This document shows, in pieces, positions 50,895-64,000 of a DNA stretch of 64,000 nt; the stretch's first letter is position 1, and the number at the start of each line of letters is the position of its first letter. Both the position numbers and the translations under genes were made by a program. The notes beneath the pieces were generated by a model. It was not told the DNA's origin. It made no database searches and saw only the letters and a program-made list of their open reading frames with translations. Location of the stretch: contig NC_135891.1 in assembly GCF_964194155.1 (NCBI RefSeq), positions 1,984,001 through 2,048,000 of the forward strand, in the 5' to 3' direction. The DNA comes from Cetorhinus maximus (lineage: Eukaryota).

Positions 50895-51310
50895 TTGTAT
50901 CCATTGGAGTTTGGAATATTGAGGGGTGATCTTATTGAAACATCAGATCCTGAGGGAAGTTGACAGGATGAATGCTGAAAGGATGTTTCCCCTTATGGGG
51001 GAGACTAGAACTAGGGAACACAGTTTAAAAATAAGGGGTCTCCCATTTAAGACAGAGATGAGGAGAATTTTTTTTCTCTCAAAGGGTCGTGCATCTTTGG
51101 AACTCTCTTCCTCAGAAGAGAGACAGGGTCAATAAATAATTTTAAGATAGAGGTAGATAGATTCCTGACTAACAAGGGAGTCAAAGGTTATCAGGGGTGG
51201 AGTTGAGGCCATGATTAGATCAGCCATGATCTTATTGAATGGCAGAGCAGGCTCGAGGGGTAGAATGGCCTACTCTTGCTCCTAATTCATGTGTTCGTAT
51301 GTACGTTCAT
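50895..51310 (+). mobile_element. CR1 3' fragment (others: 49730-49945-, 54925-55480-, 55530-55670+, 27750-28775+ old)
   Basis: DRMNAERMFPLMGETRTREHSLKIRG.PFKTEMRR. Confidence 0.85.
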
Positions 51311-52519
51311 ATGCAAGTTCCCCTCCAAGTCACTTACCATCCTGACTTGGAAATATATCGCCGTTCCTTCACTGTCGCTGGATCAAAATCCTGGAACTCC
51401 CTCCCTAACAGCACTGTGGGTGTACCTACACCACATGGACTGCAGCTGTTCAAGAAGGCAGCTCACCACCACCTTCTCAAGGGCAATTAGAGATGGGCAA
51501 TAAATGCTGGGCCAGCCAGCGAAGCCCACATCCCATGAACAAGTAATAGAAAAACATAGGCAGGGCTAGGACTGAAGATTCATTTGCAGAATCACAAGCA
51601 TAAAATCTTCCATAAACCAACACATTCAGTCAGCATAATAGAATGGAACAGAGTGTCTTCTTTGTATTTACATTTACCTTGACATATTTAAGAGAAATAA
51701 CCTGATTCAGTTTTATTATAACAGCTGAACATTTATTACAAAACATAATCAATTTTAACAAGTGTCCTGCCCTCAACCTGCAAGTCACCTGGTTTTAAAT
51801 CAATTAAAATGACCTTAATAAAGACAACATTGAACCATTTAAGACTTTCATAGCTGTACACTAATCAGTTTCTTAGTAACATCTCTTTTTTTTAAATGTG
51901 TAAGAAAAACAGCTCAATTTAAAGAACCTTCTCAAGTTGCCTCGATCACTGGGATTTCGCCAGCCTCATCATTTCGATCGGGGAGGGGGGGGTGAGAGGG
52001 GAGAGGGGTGGGGCCAGTTTTTTGGTCCAGGTCAGCAATTGGGCAAAAATTATTTTTAAACTTGATTTTCCGTTTAAAATACCACAATCCGTTGTGCTGG
52101 TTTGGCCGATTCCAATCTGACTCTGCTGCTAAAACTAGCAGGAGCTCTAACCCTGTTTGTTTAGCTCAGACCTCACCTGTTCCTGGGCTCTGTAGGCTGT
52201 GGGGTGAAACCTTGTGGAATCACAGTGTACAAACACCCAGTTTAGAAGCACAGTGCACATTAACTCCCCTGCCTTGATTCACAATACCACCTCTGAGTTG
52301 GCTGTCGGATGACTGGTTGTTTCAGAGGTTTCTGTTCCCCCAGGTGCAGTGAGTCCTCTCTCAGGTGAGAAACGCCAAAGCGCTGTCACTGTTATTTCAT
52401 CTTCGAGCAGACAGAGATTGGGGATATCTCTATGGTTACCGTCAGTGTTTTGTCACATACATCAGCCCCAGTTTCAGTGGGCAAATGAGCTGTATAGTTA
52501 CGACACTGAGAGATGAGTT

Positions 52520-53872
52520 GTCCCAGATTTTCACTAAGTGCGGTAGCGAGCGGGCTAAACGACGGGTGGGATTCCCCGCGCCCGCCCGCCGCTGGGATCT
52601 GCCAGTCCCCCCACCAGTCAATGGGGCACTGCCTCGAGGGCGGCCGGTCCCACCCGCGATGGGGCCGGAAAAGCCCAGCCAACGCTTCACCCAGCGGCCG
52701 CAATAGCGGGTTTTCTCACCGTATTGTCCCAAACCAGCCCCGTCACTTATGCATTCCCCAGGAAACACACTGTTTCCATGGCGAGCGGGCTCTCATTCGC
52801 CTGCCACGCCATCACCTCACTCGTCCATCACGCCGGGCACCATGTTTAATGTCCAGTTGCGCTCAGTGCTTCCAGCCCAGGGCTGCAACAGAGAAGACAT
52901 GGCCCCAAAAGGCAAGAAGACTGCAGCCCTCACTCTCCCTTTGTACGCCCTGGAGGCCTGTGATGTCCTCTACCCCCGCTTTGGCTGCAGGAGGGGCAGC
53001 TACATCACCCCTGCAGCTTGGTAGGCGATGGCAGTGGTGATCAGTGCCAATGCTGCACAGAAGAGGTTGGCCATCCAATGCAGATAGAGGATGAACGATC
53101 TCATCCGTTCTGCCAGGGTAAGGCAACCATCTCATCACTCTAAACTCACACATTCACAAACCCATCACACATTCACTGACATCTCACTCACTGCCAGCTC
53201 AAGGGACATCACCACTCACTCTCTCACACACACCCTCACATCTCCATCTGGCCTCATCTCCTCTGGAGGCTGCCTCCTCAGCCCTCACCATCTTGAGCCC
53301 ACTTGCACAGGTCAACATGTGCCCCCATACACATACCCTGGGATACCCCCCTTCCCCAGGACAGCCCTCACCCTGCAGCCTCTTCTCTTGCCTAAGGCCA
53401 CTTCTCCCCCTTACCCAGGCAAGCCCCAGTCCTGCAGCCGTACAAAGCCACCTCCACCTTACGGCATGTCTGGTGGGTAGAGACCTGCCCGTGAGCCCCT
53501 AAAAGTGATGTGGTGCTGCCTGTGAAGCCTGGCGCTGATGACAGCGAGTGCTGCCCGAAGCAAGGTAGACAAACAAACCTCAAAGTCCCGAGTGAAGTGC
53601 AGCTCACCAGGTACATGCCTTACACATGCTGTTGTAAACATCCGGGCAGGGTGAATGAATCCAGCGGGCTGGCCTTATATTGATATGCTGATGTATTACA
53701 ATGAGTTTCCCGATGTTGGATGGCAGGGAATGTGGCCCACTATCCACAGGCGGAGTGGATGATCGCAAACCTGTTTTATGACATTGTGAAACCGATTCTG
53801 GGCCCTCTCGCCACATTGTCTGCTCACGTCACTGACCCTGCCCCACACCAGCAGGCACAGAAAATCCCAGCC
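52520..53872 (+). mobile_element. Second, shorter copy of the Myb-only Harbinger family; decayed Myb exon 52899-53117
   Basis: ATGGCCCCAAAAGGCAAGAAGACTGCAGCC start and donor/intron sequence shared with 10870-11103; right end AAAATCCCAGCC; in-frame TAG stops. Left boundary approximate. Confidence 0.78.
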
Positions 53873-56711
53873 TGAGTCTCTCACACACGAGGAGGAATTG
53901 GGGTCACTCCTTTCTCCCTCGCCCTTCAGTCAGCCTCCCCGTTCCTGAGCCAAGGGGAGGGAATCAATCAGATTTGCTTCTCCAGGTCATTAGTCGGTGA
54001 GTCACACCAGAAAGCCAAGCGGTGTCTGTATGTGGCTCAGTCATGGCATCCTCTGTGATCAGATATCTTCAGCCCTCACTGTTGGGTTCTCAATTGAGCA
54101 AGTTAGTTGGGGTGAAGTTGTTTTGTCAGATGTAGGTTGCAAGTCTTGAACAATGAACTACCATCCTTCTTGCTCCATTGGCACCAGCTCTCTGTTACAC
54201 CCTGTGCTCCATTCAGAGGAAAACTCCCACTCATCGCCCCAAAACAGACCTTAAGCAATGCTTCAGGAGAAGGCATAACTGTAACACCCCCATTTCCCAC
54301 ATCGGCCTGCTCATTGGCAGTTTGACAGTTCCATTTGTATAGAAGCTAAATTGTCATTTTTCACCCAATTTATTAAGAATCATTTTAAGGAACATGTGCA
54401 CTATCTGACCATAGCTACAGAAGGAACGAAAGCTATTAATTCTCCAGTAGTTTCCCCTCAATCTAATGAGCACGAAGAAAAGTTAACTCAAATACCTTTC
54501 CTTAAGTATTTATCAACCAGCGATCACAGGACAATTCATTTGCCTGCATGTTTCACAGAATGATATTGCACCATTAAAGCCAACCCTAAGAAGTCGTTTG
54601 AGAAGTACCCTGTGTTCTATTCTCGATTATAATCTGGAATCTACAGAGTGAAGAAGAATCGTTGCGGGGTTTCTGAGGGAATATAAATCTAAGAAGTAAC
54701 CTCAGACCACTAACCTCGGGCAGTTACACAGCCTTGCAGCCTGTTAGTGGTTCTAATTCCAGTAAAGCCACACAAGTCATTTATCCAATTTGTACCGCAT
54801 TTTTCTCAGCAAGTTATTCCCACTGTGATTGACTGTGAAAACTACAGCGGTACACCCACAAGCGATGATAAAAAAAAATTCTCTTTGTATTGCCATGAAC
54901 AAGGCTGATCTGTAATTATATTAGGAAGATAGGAACAGGAGGAGGCTATTTAGCTGATAGCTGAACTATGATCTAACTCCATATACCTAGCTTTGCCCCT
55001 TGACCCTTTATATCTTTGGCTTATCAATCTCAGATTCAAAATTAATAATTGATTTAGCATCAAAATGTCATTTGCGGGAGAGAGTTCCAAACTACCAGCC
55101 TTTGTGTGTGGAAGTGTTTCCTAACTTCACCCCTGAAAGGCCTGGCTCTAGTCTTTAGACTATGTCCCCTAAGTCCTTGACCCCCTAACTTGCCAAACAG
55201 TTTCTCCCAATTTACACTATCTGTTTCCCTTAATACCTTAAAAACTTCAATCAAATCACCCTTGAACCTCCTAAATTCCAAAGGATACAGCTCTAGTTTA
55301 TGTGCTGTCTCCACAATTTAACTTTGGAGCCCAGGTATCTTTCTGGTGAATCCACCAAGCAGTCCCTCCAGGGCCAATATATCCTTCCGAAGGTGTGGTG
55401 CCCAGAATGGCTCCCAATACTGCAGGTGCTTTGTATAGCTGAAGCATGACTTCTACCCCCTTGTATTTTTTGTATTAGAGATCTTACTTTTGCATGCACC
55501 TACTGTGATTTTTTTTCATTATAAATTCTGACCAGATTTCTAAATACCAATGGCATAAAGGGATTTGGGGACAATGTGGGGAAAAAGACATTGAAGTGGA
55601 TGATCAGCCATGATCGTATTGAATGGCAGATCAGGCTGGATGGGCTGAATGGCCTTCTCCTGTTCCATGTCCAGATAGATAATGGGAATTGCTGGTGTAA
55701 ATTTGTCACCCTGAGAATACACCTTCCCCCAGTCACTGGTCAATGGGTGTGATTACAGTATGTTAAGTTTACATTATATAAATGTTGACATAGGCATTTA
55801 TAATGGAAATACATTAACAAAATAGGACAGAGTACCTGCTTTTAAAATGGAGTCTGATTTAAAATGTGTACCTGGTCCAATTATCACCCGACATCTCAGT
55901 CCTCTTCACCTGAAGCTGATGTTTATTCCTGACTCCCTGGGTGCGGCGAATGGAATTGGTAGATTTTACTTTCTTCACATCAAAACTTTAAAGAAAATAC
56001 ATCATTCTCCTTCTTTATTTTAAATTCCAAAATTCAGTAGTTTAAATTATCAAAATGAGTTTTATGATTAATAAAGAGTTGCACAATGTTTTTTTCATTG
56101 ACTAATTAATGAAATGGGACTTGGTTTCAACAGCAAATTTACGAGGCTGCCTCCTGCTGGCCAATCCAGCCTGTCCCATAAAATGGTGATGCCTTATGGG
56201 GCATACTACAAACCCGGAGTCGTGGAATATCCTGGGAATAGTGAAAAATCAGATGAAATCCCAGGGATATGAGGGGGGGAAGCCTCCCCAGCAACATAGT
56301 ACATTAAGTTAGGCTGTCCCAGCCCCTTTAAGGCAATGAAAGACATTTATTGAAGTGGTTTTTGCTGGTACCAGGGCCCATTTCATCCAGTTTAGGAGTT
56401 TCCCTGTTGCTGAAGAAGGCCAGGGTGAAATGTATTGTTTTTTATTGGAAAGCAAGAAGGTTCTCCATAAAAAAAATCACAGGAGAGTGGTGGAGCTTTG
56501 AAATTCAAATTCTCGTACAATAAGAGAAAGGTGGCTGTAACGCAAAGTTACATCTCTTTAGCTCTTTTTAAACACTGAACAGGTTTAAATTTAATTCAAT
56601 AATTAATGTTGGAATCTTACGTGTGAAACAATCTTGTCTCGGTAAAGTTATTTCTATTCCAGTTACTGTTCCATTCTAAATTTTCACTTTTTCCTTTTTC
56701 CTCCATGATAG

Positions 56712-56957
56712 TCCTTCGCTGGCCAGGGGCTGGGTGATGAAGACTATGAGATTCCTCCTATCACTCCTCCAAACCTCGGAGACCCGTCCTTTCTTCATCT
56801 GATGGATCCTCACGCAGGCTACCATTCACTGTGCCATTCGGTACCTCCCAATGGCCTGCTTCCTCAATACGCTTACCAAGGCATGGACCTTCCAGCAATA
56901 ATGGTCTCCAACATGCTGGGCCAGGATGGCCATCCACTATCAAGCCAACTACCTATG
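56712..56957 (+). CDS. TOX2: TOX2 coding exon 3 (SFAGQGLGDEDYEIPPITPPNLGDPSFLHLMDPHAGYHSLCHSVPPNGLLPQYAYQGMDLPAIMVSNMLGQDGHPLSSQLPM)
   Basis: Pyrimidine tract and tag acceptor; 246 nt (82 codons); ATG|gtcagt donor. EDYEIPPITPPNL, YHSLCH, NGLLP.Y.YQ.MDLPAIMVSNML and QLP fit TOX2 better than TOX, TOX3 or TOX4 as I recall those sequences. Confidence 0.92.
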
Positions 56958-57363
56958 GTCAGTGTCTATCTTTTGGCAAGAACAATGGTGGGGTGGGGGG
57001 GAGGTGGAGGGTGTGGGGGAGAGGGCACGGTGGGGGATGGTCTCTCTTTGAAGCTCTTGCTAAAGACTTCAAGCATTGTATGTTGGACAATTGGAATGAA
57101 AATTGGCAGTTGGGGTCAGGATAAGAAAAATCTATTTCAAATCCATTTAATCCAAAGCCAAGCAATGTATAATTAAGACATTGAGCTGATCAGGTGCCAT
57201 GAATTCCTGAAATAGCTAAACAGTCACCAAAGTGAAATTTCTCAGAAGAAAGACAACAGGACAAGCCAAAAAAAGTTGGCACAGAGCCATGGATGTCAAA
57301 GTATAAAGAGTGGGCTCCAGGTGTGACCAGTTGGAAGTGGTTTCCCGATACAGAATTTAGTGG

Positions 57364-58277
57364 TGTTATGATACAGCAGGTGGTATTTGCCAGGCTGATC
57401 AAACCCACAAGAGAAACTTGTCCTCCGCGCTATCATAACAGTTTTACAATTTGTATTTATTATAAGAAGGTTTGTGTACCGAATTCAGAAATAATGAGCC
57501 CATTAACATCTTTAGAGATTTCAAAAATTAAATTAAAACATTTATTAACAAAATAAAAGAATAAAACAGATGCACAAGATTACAGTTATACAGTTACTTA
57601 ATGTTATAACAAAATTCCTGCTTAACCAGACTCCCAACTACACACCTCCTTTAAGGCAACAGTTCAAAATAGAGACAATCCAGCAGGGTTATCACAAGTA
57701 CTCACTCGAGAGTGGAATTGCAAAGGCTTTTAACACAACTTTGGTTATTGGAACAGCAGACTTCTGCAAAGTGGCTAGAGGCTTTTCCCCAATTCGGTTT
57801 CACACGCTGTACCCCTCAGATTTCACACGGCTACCCCCACATAGCCTTCCATCCTTCTTTAAATATATTTCTTCCTCTTTAATCTGCAAATCCCATTGTT
57901 TCCCCCCATGCCTTTGGAATTTACTTTTCCCATAATATAAAAACCTTTTATGTTGTCATTATGGTCAGCGCTTTTGGGAAAAATCAACGTAATAACCTTG
58001 CCCTAGTTACCGTGCCAGTCGTAAAATCCTTATTATGTATCTTTGACAACCCAACAACTTTTCCCCTTATCTCAAAATGCAAATTCCCCTTTCCTTAGCT
58101 CATCCATTAGCATTTCAAATGCCTTTTACACCTAATTCTTTTGATAATTTAAACCTTGCAGTCTATCCGTCTCTAATTTAATTAAATCAGCCACACACAG
58201 AACCACACAAATGCATACATAAGCCTACTTTACAATACCCCATAATAATATTATAAAAATATGATAGTTTTGTGACA
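57364..58277 (-). mobile_element. Solo LTR (~914 bp), antisense to TOX2
   Basis: TGTTATGA...TTGTGACA termini (TG..CA) with exact 4-bp TSD GTGG. On the minus strand a TATA-like TATATTTAAA (~57858-57867) precedes AATAAA (57541-57546). Confidence 0.7.
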
Positions 58278-59238
58278 GTGGTGAAAAACAGTAACAGCCC
58301 TTTTACTTAATAAGGTTACACAGTTACTTAATATTATAATGATTCCCAAAATTTCTGCTTAACCAGACTCCCAACTACACACCCCCTTTAAGGCAACAGT
58401 CCAAAATAGATATTAAATTTACAGAGACAATGCAGCAAGGTTGAATGATGATGTTAAATAGCACTGGGCATACCCCAATGAATTATTTTTAAGATCCCTA
58501 TCTTCAAATCCCTCCATTTCATACTTTAACAATCATCCCCAGTTATACAGCTTCATTTGCACTCCCTCTCTTTCATCACCTGCCTATTTCTGGCTTCCAG
58601 CTCCCTTTGTTTCACTCAAGCCCCAATTTTAATTTGGGGTGGGGGCTGAAGTGGGTGGCAAACGGCCAGGTGCCCCTGGGAGATTTTTTATTTACCCCTT
58701 CACTGACTCCCACCTGAAACTGGTAGGAATGACATCACCGGGAGCCAACCTTCTTGTTGGGGGGTGGGGGGTGGGGTGGTGGAGGGTGTCAGGTTGTCAC
58801 TGGGACCAATGGAAATGAGTCCCATTCTCCCATAATCCCCTCACTTAATGCCTCCCTTGTCCCTTCCTTCCATTCAAGCTTTGTAAAAAATCTTTCCTTT
58901 CAGACATATTTTCACTTCCTCCCTCTGGCTTGGTGCCATCTCATATAAAATACATTGAGATGCCTCTCAGTGCCCAGGAGGCCCTGTCGAAGTTGCTCTA
59001 GGTGTTCAGTGGCCTTTTTTGAGGATATTTCAGAGTCTGGTTAAACACAGCATGTTTGATATGGCATTGTTGAGGACATCTCAGCGTCTACATCACTTTC
59101 CTGACCTGTTTCGATAAAATTGCACAATTGTTGGGCCTTTTATTTAAGAGTCTTTCCACCACAAGAAAGTGTCACTGGCTGAATAAAAAATTGACCTCGG
59201 TCACCAGGCACCTTCTCATCATGTCACTGGGTTCTCTA

Positions 59239-60519
59239 GGCCAGGATTTCGCGGAGTCAGGAAGACTCCACGGGCCGTTAACAATGGCGAACGGGTCCCA
59301 GATGCAGAAATCCCGCCCCCATTCCTGACAGAACCCACTTTTGCCAGCAGAGGAAAGTGGGTGGGGCGTGACTCATACCGGAGGGAAACCAGAACTCCGC
59401 AGGGCCATTTGAACTTAGCGCTGAGTTCAAACTGACCCCATTTTGGGCTGGTCCAAGGGCACTTCACCCATAGTGTGGGAATCACAAATTTATGCAATAA
59501 ACATAAACATTTCTGAACATGGGATAAGGTCTGTTTATGTGTTTGATCTGAAGCTTTTTAAATCTCCAGCTCTTTAAACATGAAAAACAGGCTGTAACTC
59601 TCAATGAGAGTTAAACAAAAGCCGTCTGCTGGACTGTTTTGATTAATGGACCATATGGTGTAGGTTAGAAAATAAAATAGCATATATTCATACAGTTTCA
59701 ATAGAGGTCTGTATTGACATTTCTTAAGGGCTATTATTATGTCATAATGAGTGCTTGGCTGAGTTTCAATGATCTCATCAGGCATTTCTGAGATCATGTT
59801 TTGATTGTCAGTTTAAAGAGGCTGTTATAGGATTATGTAGCTTTGATATGGGATCTGAATAGAAGGTTGCTTTTTTAAGAGATTAACCACTTGAGGACAC
59901 TTGAAAGCTTTGAATGGGTTTTCATGAAAGAGAGTTTTTTTCACTATTAAGTATGTATGAGTGAGAGCTGTATTAGATTGTTAGAAGTTCATTTTATTTT
60001 CATCACCACTTGGCTCCTGAGGTCTGCCCATGGTGGATACTGGGTGAGTGGCAATGGAGGTGGCATGGGCTGGGCATGAGGGGACATGGGGTTGGGTGAG
60101 GAGCATGAGTTGGCACTGAGGTAGCATGGGTGTATAAGGGGACATGGGGGTGGGTGAGGAGCATGAGTTGGCATTGAGATGACATGGGGGTTTGAGGGAG
60201 GTGAGTGGGGGGAAGGATTGGCATAGAGGGGCCATGCTGGGCTGGTGGCGGCTGAGGTGTGAGGGCTAGAGGGCTTAACAACCTTTAAAACAACTGGGAC
60301 GAGGTCCCAGAGAACTGAGGTGGGCATTCTAACCAGTGTGCCTTGTACTCAACCGCCCCCATGGCCACTAAGGATCTGCTTCCAGGGTCGGCGGGTCTGA
60401 CCCTATCCTGCCCCCACCTCCCCTGAGCGAAGATTGGGTCTAATGGGACCCTTTAAATCAAGGCAAGCTAGGAAATTCCCCGATTTGAGCTACCAGCCCT
60501 GGGAGTGAAAATCTGGCCC
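59239..60519 (-). mobile_element. Diverged relative of the 4570/40456 family
   Basis: Right end GGGAGTGAAAATCTGGCCC; left GGCCAGGATTTC; G-rich GGCATG tandem region resembling 41460-41680. Confidence 0.55.
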
Positions 60520-60879
60520 TTTTTCTCCAGAAACAGGTCTTCTGGCCTCACTTTTATTGTCTGTTTCAGTTGCCTCTCCTGATGAATTATCCTGTGGCAC
60601 TATTACTTTGCTACTTCCAACACCCTGATTTATAACTCATACTGTTTTCAGCGAAGATTCTTATAGGCCTGGAGAGAAACTGAAATCACGGTCACCCAGT
60701 GGAATCTCCTGCTTATTCTGATAGTGGATGTTGGGCCTGGCATTTAAGATCATTCCAGGACTCAAGGCAGCGTAATGGGCTGGTAACCCTACCTGAGTTG
60801 TACGAAATCAGTCACTGGGGTAATAAAGCCTCAGAACTGTCTAAAAAAGCAAAGGTTTTACCCCAGGGACAACACGCAC

Positions 60880-62830
60880 AGCAACAACAACAATCTGCAT
60901 TTACATAATGCCTTTAGTATAGTAAAATAGCCCAAAGTGCTTCACGGGAACACAATCAAACTAAATTTGACACCAAAGGAGGTATCTGAACAGATGACCA
61001 AAAGCTTAGTCAAAGAGGTAGGTTTGAAGGAGTTTCTTAAAGGGGGAACGAGAGGTGAAGGTGTTTAAAGAGGGAATTCCAGAAGGGTCTAAGCAGCTGA
61101 AGTCATGGGCCTGAATTTTGCGCGATCAGCGGGCCCAGGAGTGACGGGGAACCGTCCCCGACCACAATCGGCACCCCCCCCAAATGCGATTTCACTCTGA
61201 CTGGCCAATTAAGGCTCAGCACTGCCAGTGGGGGTGGGGAGAGGGCGAGCACCGACATCACTGCGGCTGCTGGTGAGCACTTCCAGTGAGCTCCCTGAAG
61301 GCAGACAGATGCCCCAGGGAGCTGCAGACCTCCCAACCATAAAAGAAAGCACAGAAAGCAAAAGAATATCCATGCAGCACAATCAAGCAGCTGAAAACAT
61401 ACCTCATTAAAAAAAACAATCCCCAGATACATCTTTTTATTTGAAATCCTAACGGAGATTTCATCCCGCCCTTGGATGAGGTTTCATCAACAATGTAAAG
61501 GCCGCCTGGCCAATCGGCCCGTCCACCAACTGTAAGGTTGGACCGGCCACAAAAAATCGCTTCCAATTCGGCCGTTGATGAGGTTAATTGCCCGCTTAGT
61601 TGTGGGTGGGCGCTCTTCCAACTTTTGCGTGCACCTGCCAAGCGAAATATCGTGCGGGTGCGCGATGACATCGGGATGCTTGCCCAACGCCTTCTCGCGC
61701 GATTTTACGCCCACCCAGATAGGGTGCGCACCCGCCCGCGGGACATAAAATTCTGGCCATGGCCACCAACGGTGGATCGATGGAGACTGGGGATACCCGA
61801 GGGTAGAATTAGAGAACCACAGAGACCTTGGAGGGTTGTGGGGCTGGAGGTGATGACAGAGATGAGGAGGGATTTGAAAATAAGGATAAACATTTTAAAA
61901 TTGAAATGTTGCTTAACCAATGTAGATTAACCCAACTTGGGCGCAAGTGTAGGTTAGCAAGTACAGGAGTGAGGGGGTGACTAAGACTTGGTGTGAGTTA
62001 GGACATGGGCAGCAGAATTTTGGATAACATTGCAGATGGTTGACTGTGGGAGGCCAGCCAGTAGAGCGTTGGAACATTCGAGTCTGGAGGCAACAAAGGC
62101 GTACATGAGGGTTTCAGCAGCAGATGAGCTGATACAGGAGCAGAGTTCGGTAATGTTACGGAGGTGGGAATAGGCGGTCTTACTGATGGTGCGAATATAA
62201 CGTTGGAAGCTCATCTCAGGGTCAAATGTGACGCCAAGGTTGTGAGAAGTCTGGTTCAGCCTCAGACAGTTGCCAGGGAGAAGGATGGAGTTGGTAACTC
62301 GGGAATGAAGTTTGAGGCTGTGACAAAAGACAATGGCTTCGGTCTTCCCAATATTTAGTTGTAGGAAATTTCTGTTCATTTGGTGCTGGATGTCGGATAA
62401 GCAGTCTGATAATTTAGGAAGAGTGGAGGTGTCAAGAGGTGATGGTGAGGTGGAGCTGGGTGTCAATAGGATACCTGTGCAAGCTGACGCTGTGTTTCTG
62501 GATGATGGCATTGAGGAACCAGATGTAGATGAGAAATAGGACGGGCGAAGGATCAATCCTTGGGAATCCAGAGGTAATGGGAGTGGGAAGAGAATCCATT
62601 GCAGGTGATTCTCTGGCTATGATTCAATAGATAAAAACAGAACCAAGCAGAGCAGCCCCACCATCTGGGCAATGGCGGAGAGGCGCTGGAGGAGGATTAT
62701 GCGGTCTACTTTGTGAAAGGCTACAGACAGGTCGAGAAGGATGAGGAGGAATAGTTTCTATTGGCCACAGTAACAGAGAATATAATTTGTGACTTTGATA
62801 AGGAAGGCCATTTCAATACTGGCAGGATCA
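60880..62830 (-). mobile_element. L2-clade LINE 3' fragment, interrupted by the MITE at 61108-61758
   Basis: LSDCLSDI..MNRNFLQLNIGKTEAIVF, NLGVTFDPEMSF, AFVASRLECSNALLAGLP; (TTG)n tail near 60880. Confidence 0.88.
61108..61758 (-). mobile_element. Harbinger MITE of the same group, inserted in an L2 fragment
   Basis: TIRs GGCCTGAATTTT / AAAATTCTGGCC; exact ATG TSD (61105-61107, 61759-61761); homologous to 20389-21069. Confidence 0.88.
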
Positions 62831-64000
62831 GAAACCTGAGTGCAGGAATTCAGCCATCTAAAAGAAAATGTGATTTATTATTTGAAACCAGTCTTACACA
62901 CTGCAGGAACTAGGTTAGGAGGTATCCGACGTGCATCAGGATGTAGCTCTCCTAGTCTCCTCTCTGATAACTTGTTGTAGATCCTATGTAAAGGGAGTAG
63001 AGGTAGTCCCAGTTCCTGGGAGAAATCAAGTGTTCCTGGATGAGACACCTATTCAGCTAAAACTGTTAACAGTCCTGAACATCATCAGCCCATTTTGCAT
63101 TAAGGCTCCAAGCAGTCAATAGGTAGCAAGAGGCACCTGATATTTTTCTGTCCTTTATTACCAGGCTCTGCAGAGATTGAAGGAGGATTCAAGCCAATCT
63201 AGTGGACATTCCTACCCCAATCCTAGAGAGCTTGGGGATCCAACAAAACATTTTAATCAGTATAAAACACAGGGCTCCAATAATAGATAATTATTCTGAC
63301 TGAAGGCAAAACCCAGACAGCACATGCACAGTCCCGCAGGATTGAGTTACAAGATCAGCCATGATCATATTGAATGGCGGAGCAGGCTCGAGGGGCTGAT
63401 TGGCCTCCTCCTGCTCTTGTTTCTTATGCTGTTATGTCCAGGCAATGTGAGATCCAGGCAGTACCCGTGCAGGCCCATATATGAAATACAGATAATGGGG
63501 AAGTGAACAATTTAATCAGTAATTGCTCGGGGAGTGCACCTACCCCTAGCACCGTGATCTAGTGACATGTTGCGGACTCTGCAATAAGTCATTCCATTGC
63601 GTTTTTAATCAAACTAATTCCTGAAACAGGTAAAGCCAGATAACATCTATTCCTGTCATAATTCCCTAACTTCAAATGCTGATCCGAAAGGCAATTCTTG
63701 AGTAAGTCAATTAGTAGTTTGACTGACCTGTTTCAGTAATTAAGCTGAAATCCCTTCCTCCTGGCCTGTGGGCCAATCCTTTCTCTGCACCCTGATCTCA
63801 TCAACATGAGAACACCGCTGATTTTTTTTTAAGGTTTAGGAAAATTATATTGAAAAAAAAAAGACCCTCCTAGAGACCAGCAACAGTTCAAGGCAACAAG
63901 AAGAGGGGAAGCTGGGTGAACTGATTTTCACATATATTCCATCACGGTAACAGCCTTATTCAGCCTTGAATCCATTTATTTCAGCCCAGTCCTCAGGGTA

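Noticed and set aside
56958-57176. Continuation of ORF 56802-57176 past QLPM
   Set aside because: TOX similarity ends at the gtcagt donor; this is intronic read-through.

Overview
This window is eukaryotic vertebrate genomic DNA. The repeat content (dense CR1-clade LINEs with 8-bp tandem tails, Deu-domain SINE remnants, Penelope-type palindromes, Harbinger families) points to a cartilaginous fish (shark-like); this is an inference from repeat families. The whole window lies inside one + strand host gene, TOX2 (TOX-family HMG-box transcription factor). Two coding exons are present: exon 2 (16267-16332, 66 nt) and exon 3 (56712-56957, 246 nt), separated by a ~40.4-kb intron. The rest is intronic and dominated by transposable elements. 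These include a near full-length, decayed PIF/Harbinger transposon (convergent DDE transposase and Myb/SANT genes), several Harbinger-related non-autonomous families with 3-bp TSDs (two keep only the Myb/SANT gene), a hAT MITE, a solo LTR, RTE, L2 and many CR1 fragments, and tRNA-derived SINEs. There are also three minisatellites and a 186-N assembly gap. The most notable small feature is a Penelope-type palindrome carrying a minimal hammerhead-ribozyme core on the sense strand of the TOX2 intron. I see no prokaryote-style system (CRISPR, operon). Most ORFs in the supplied track are spurious or TE fragments. All family assignments come from recalled motifs, not database searches.
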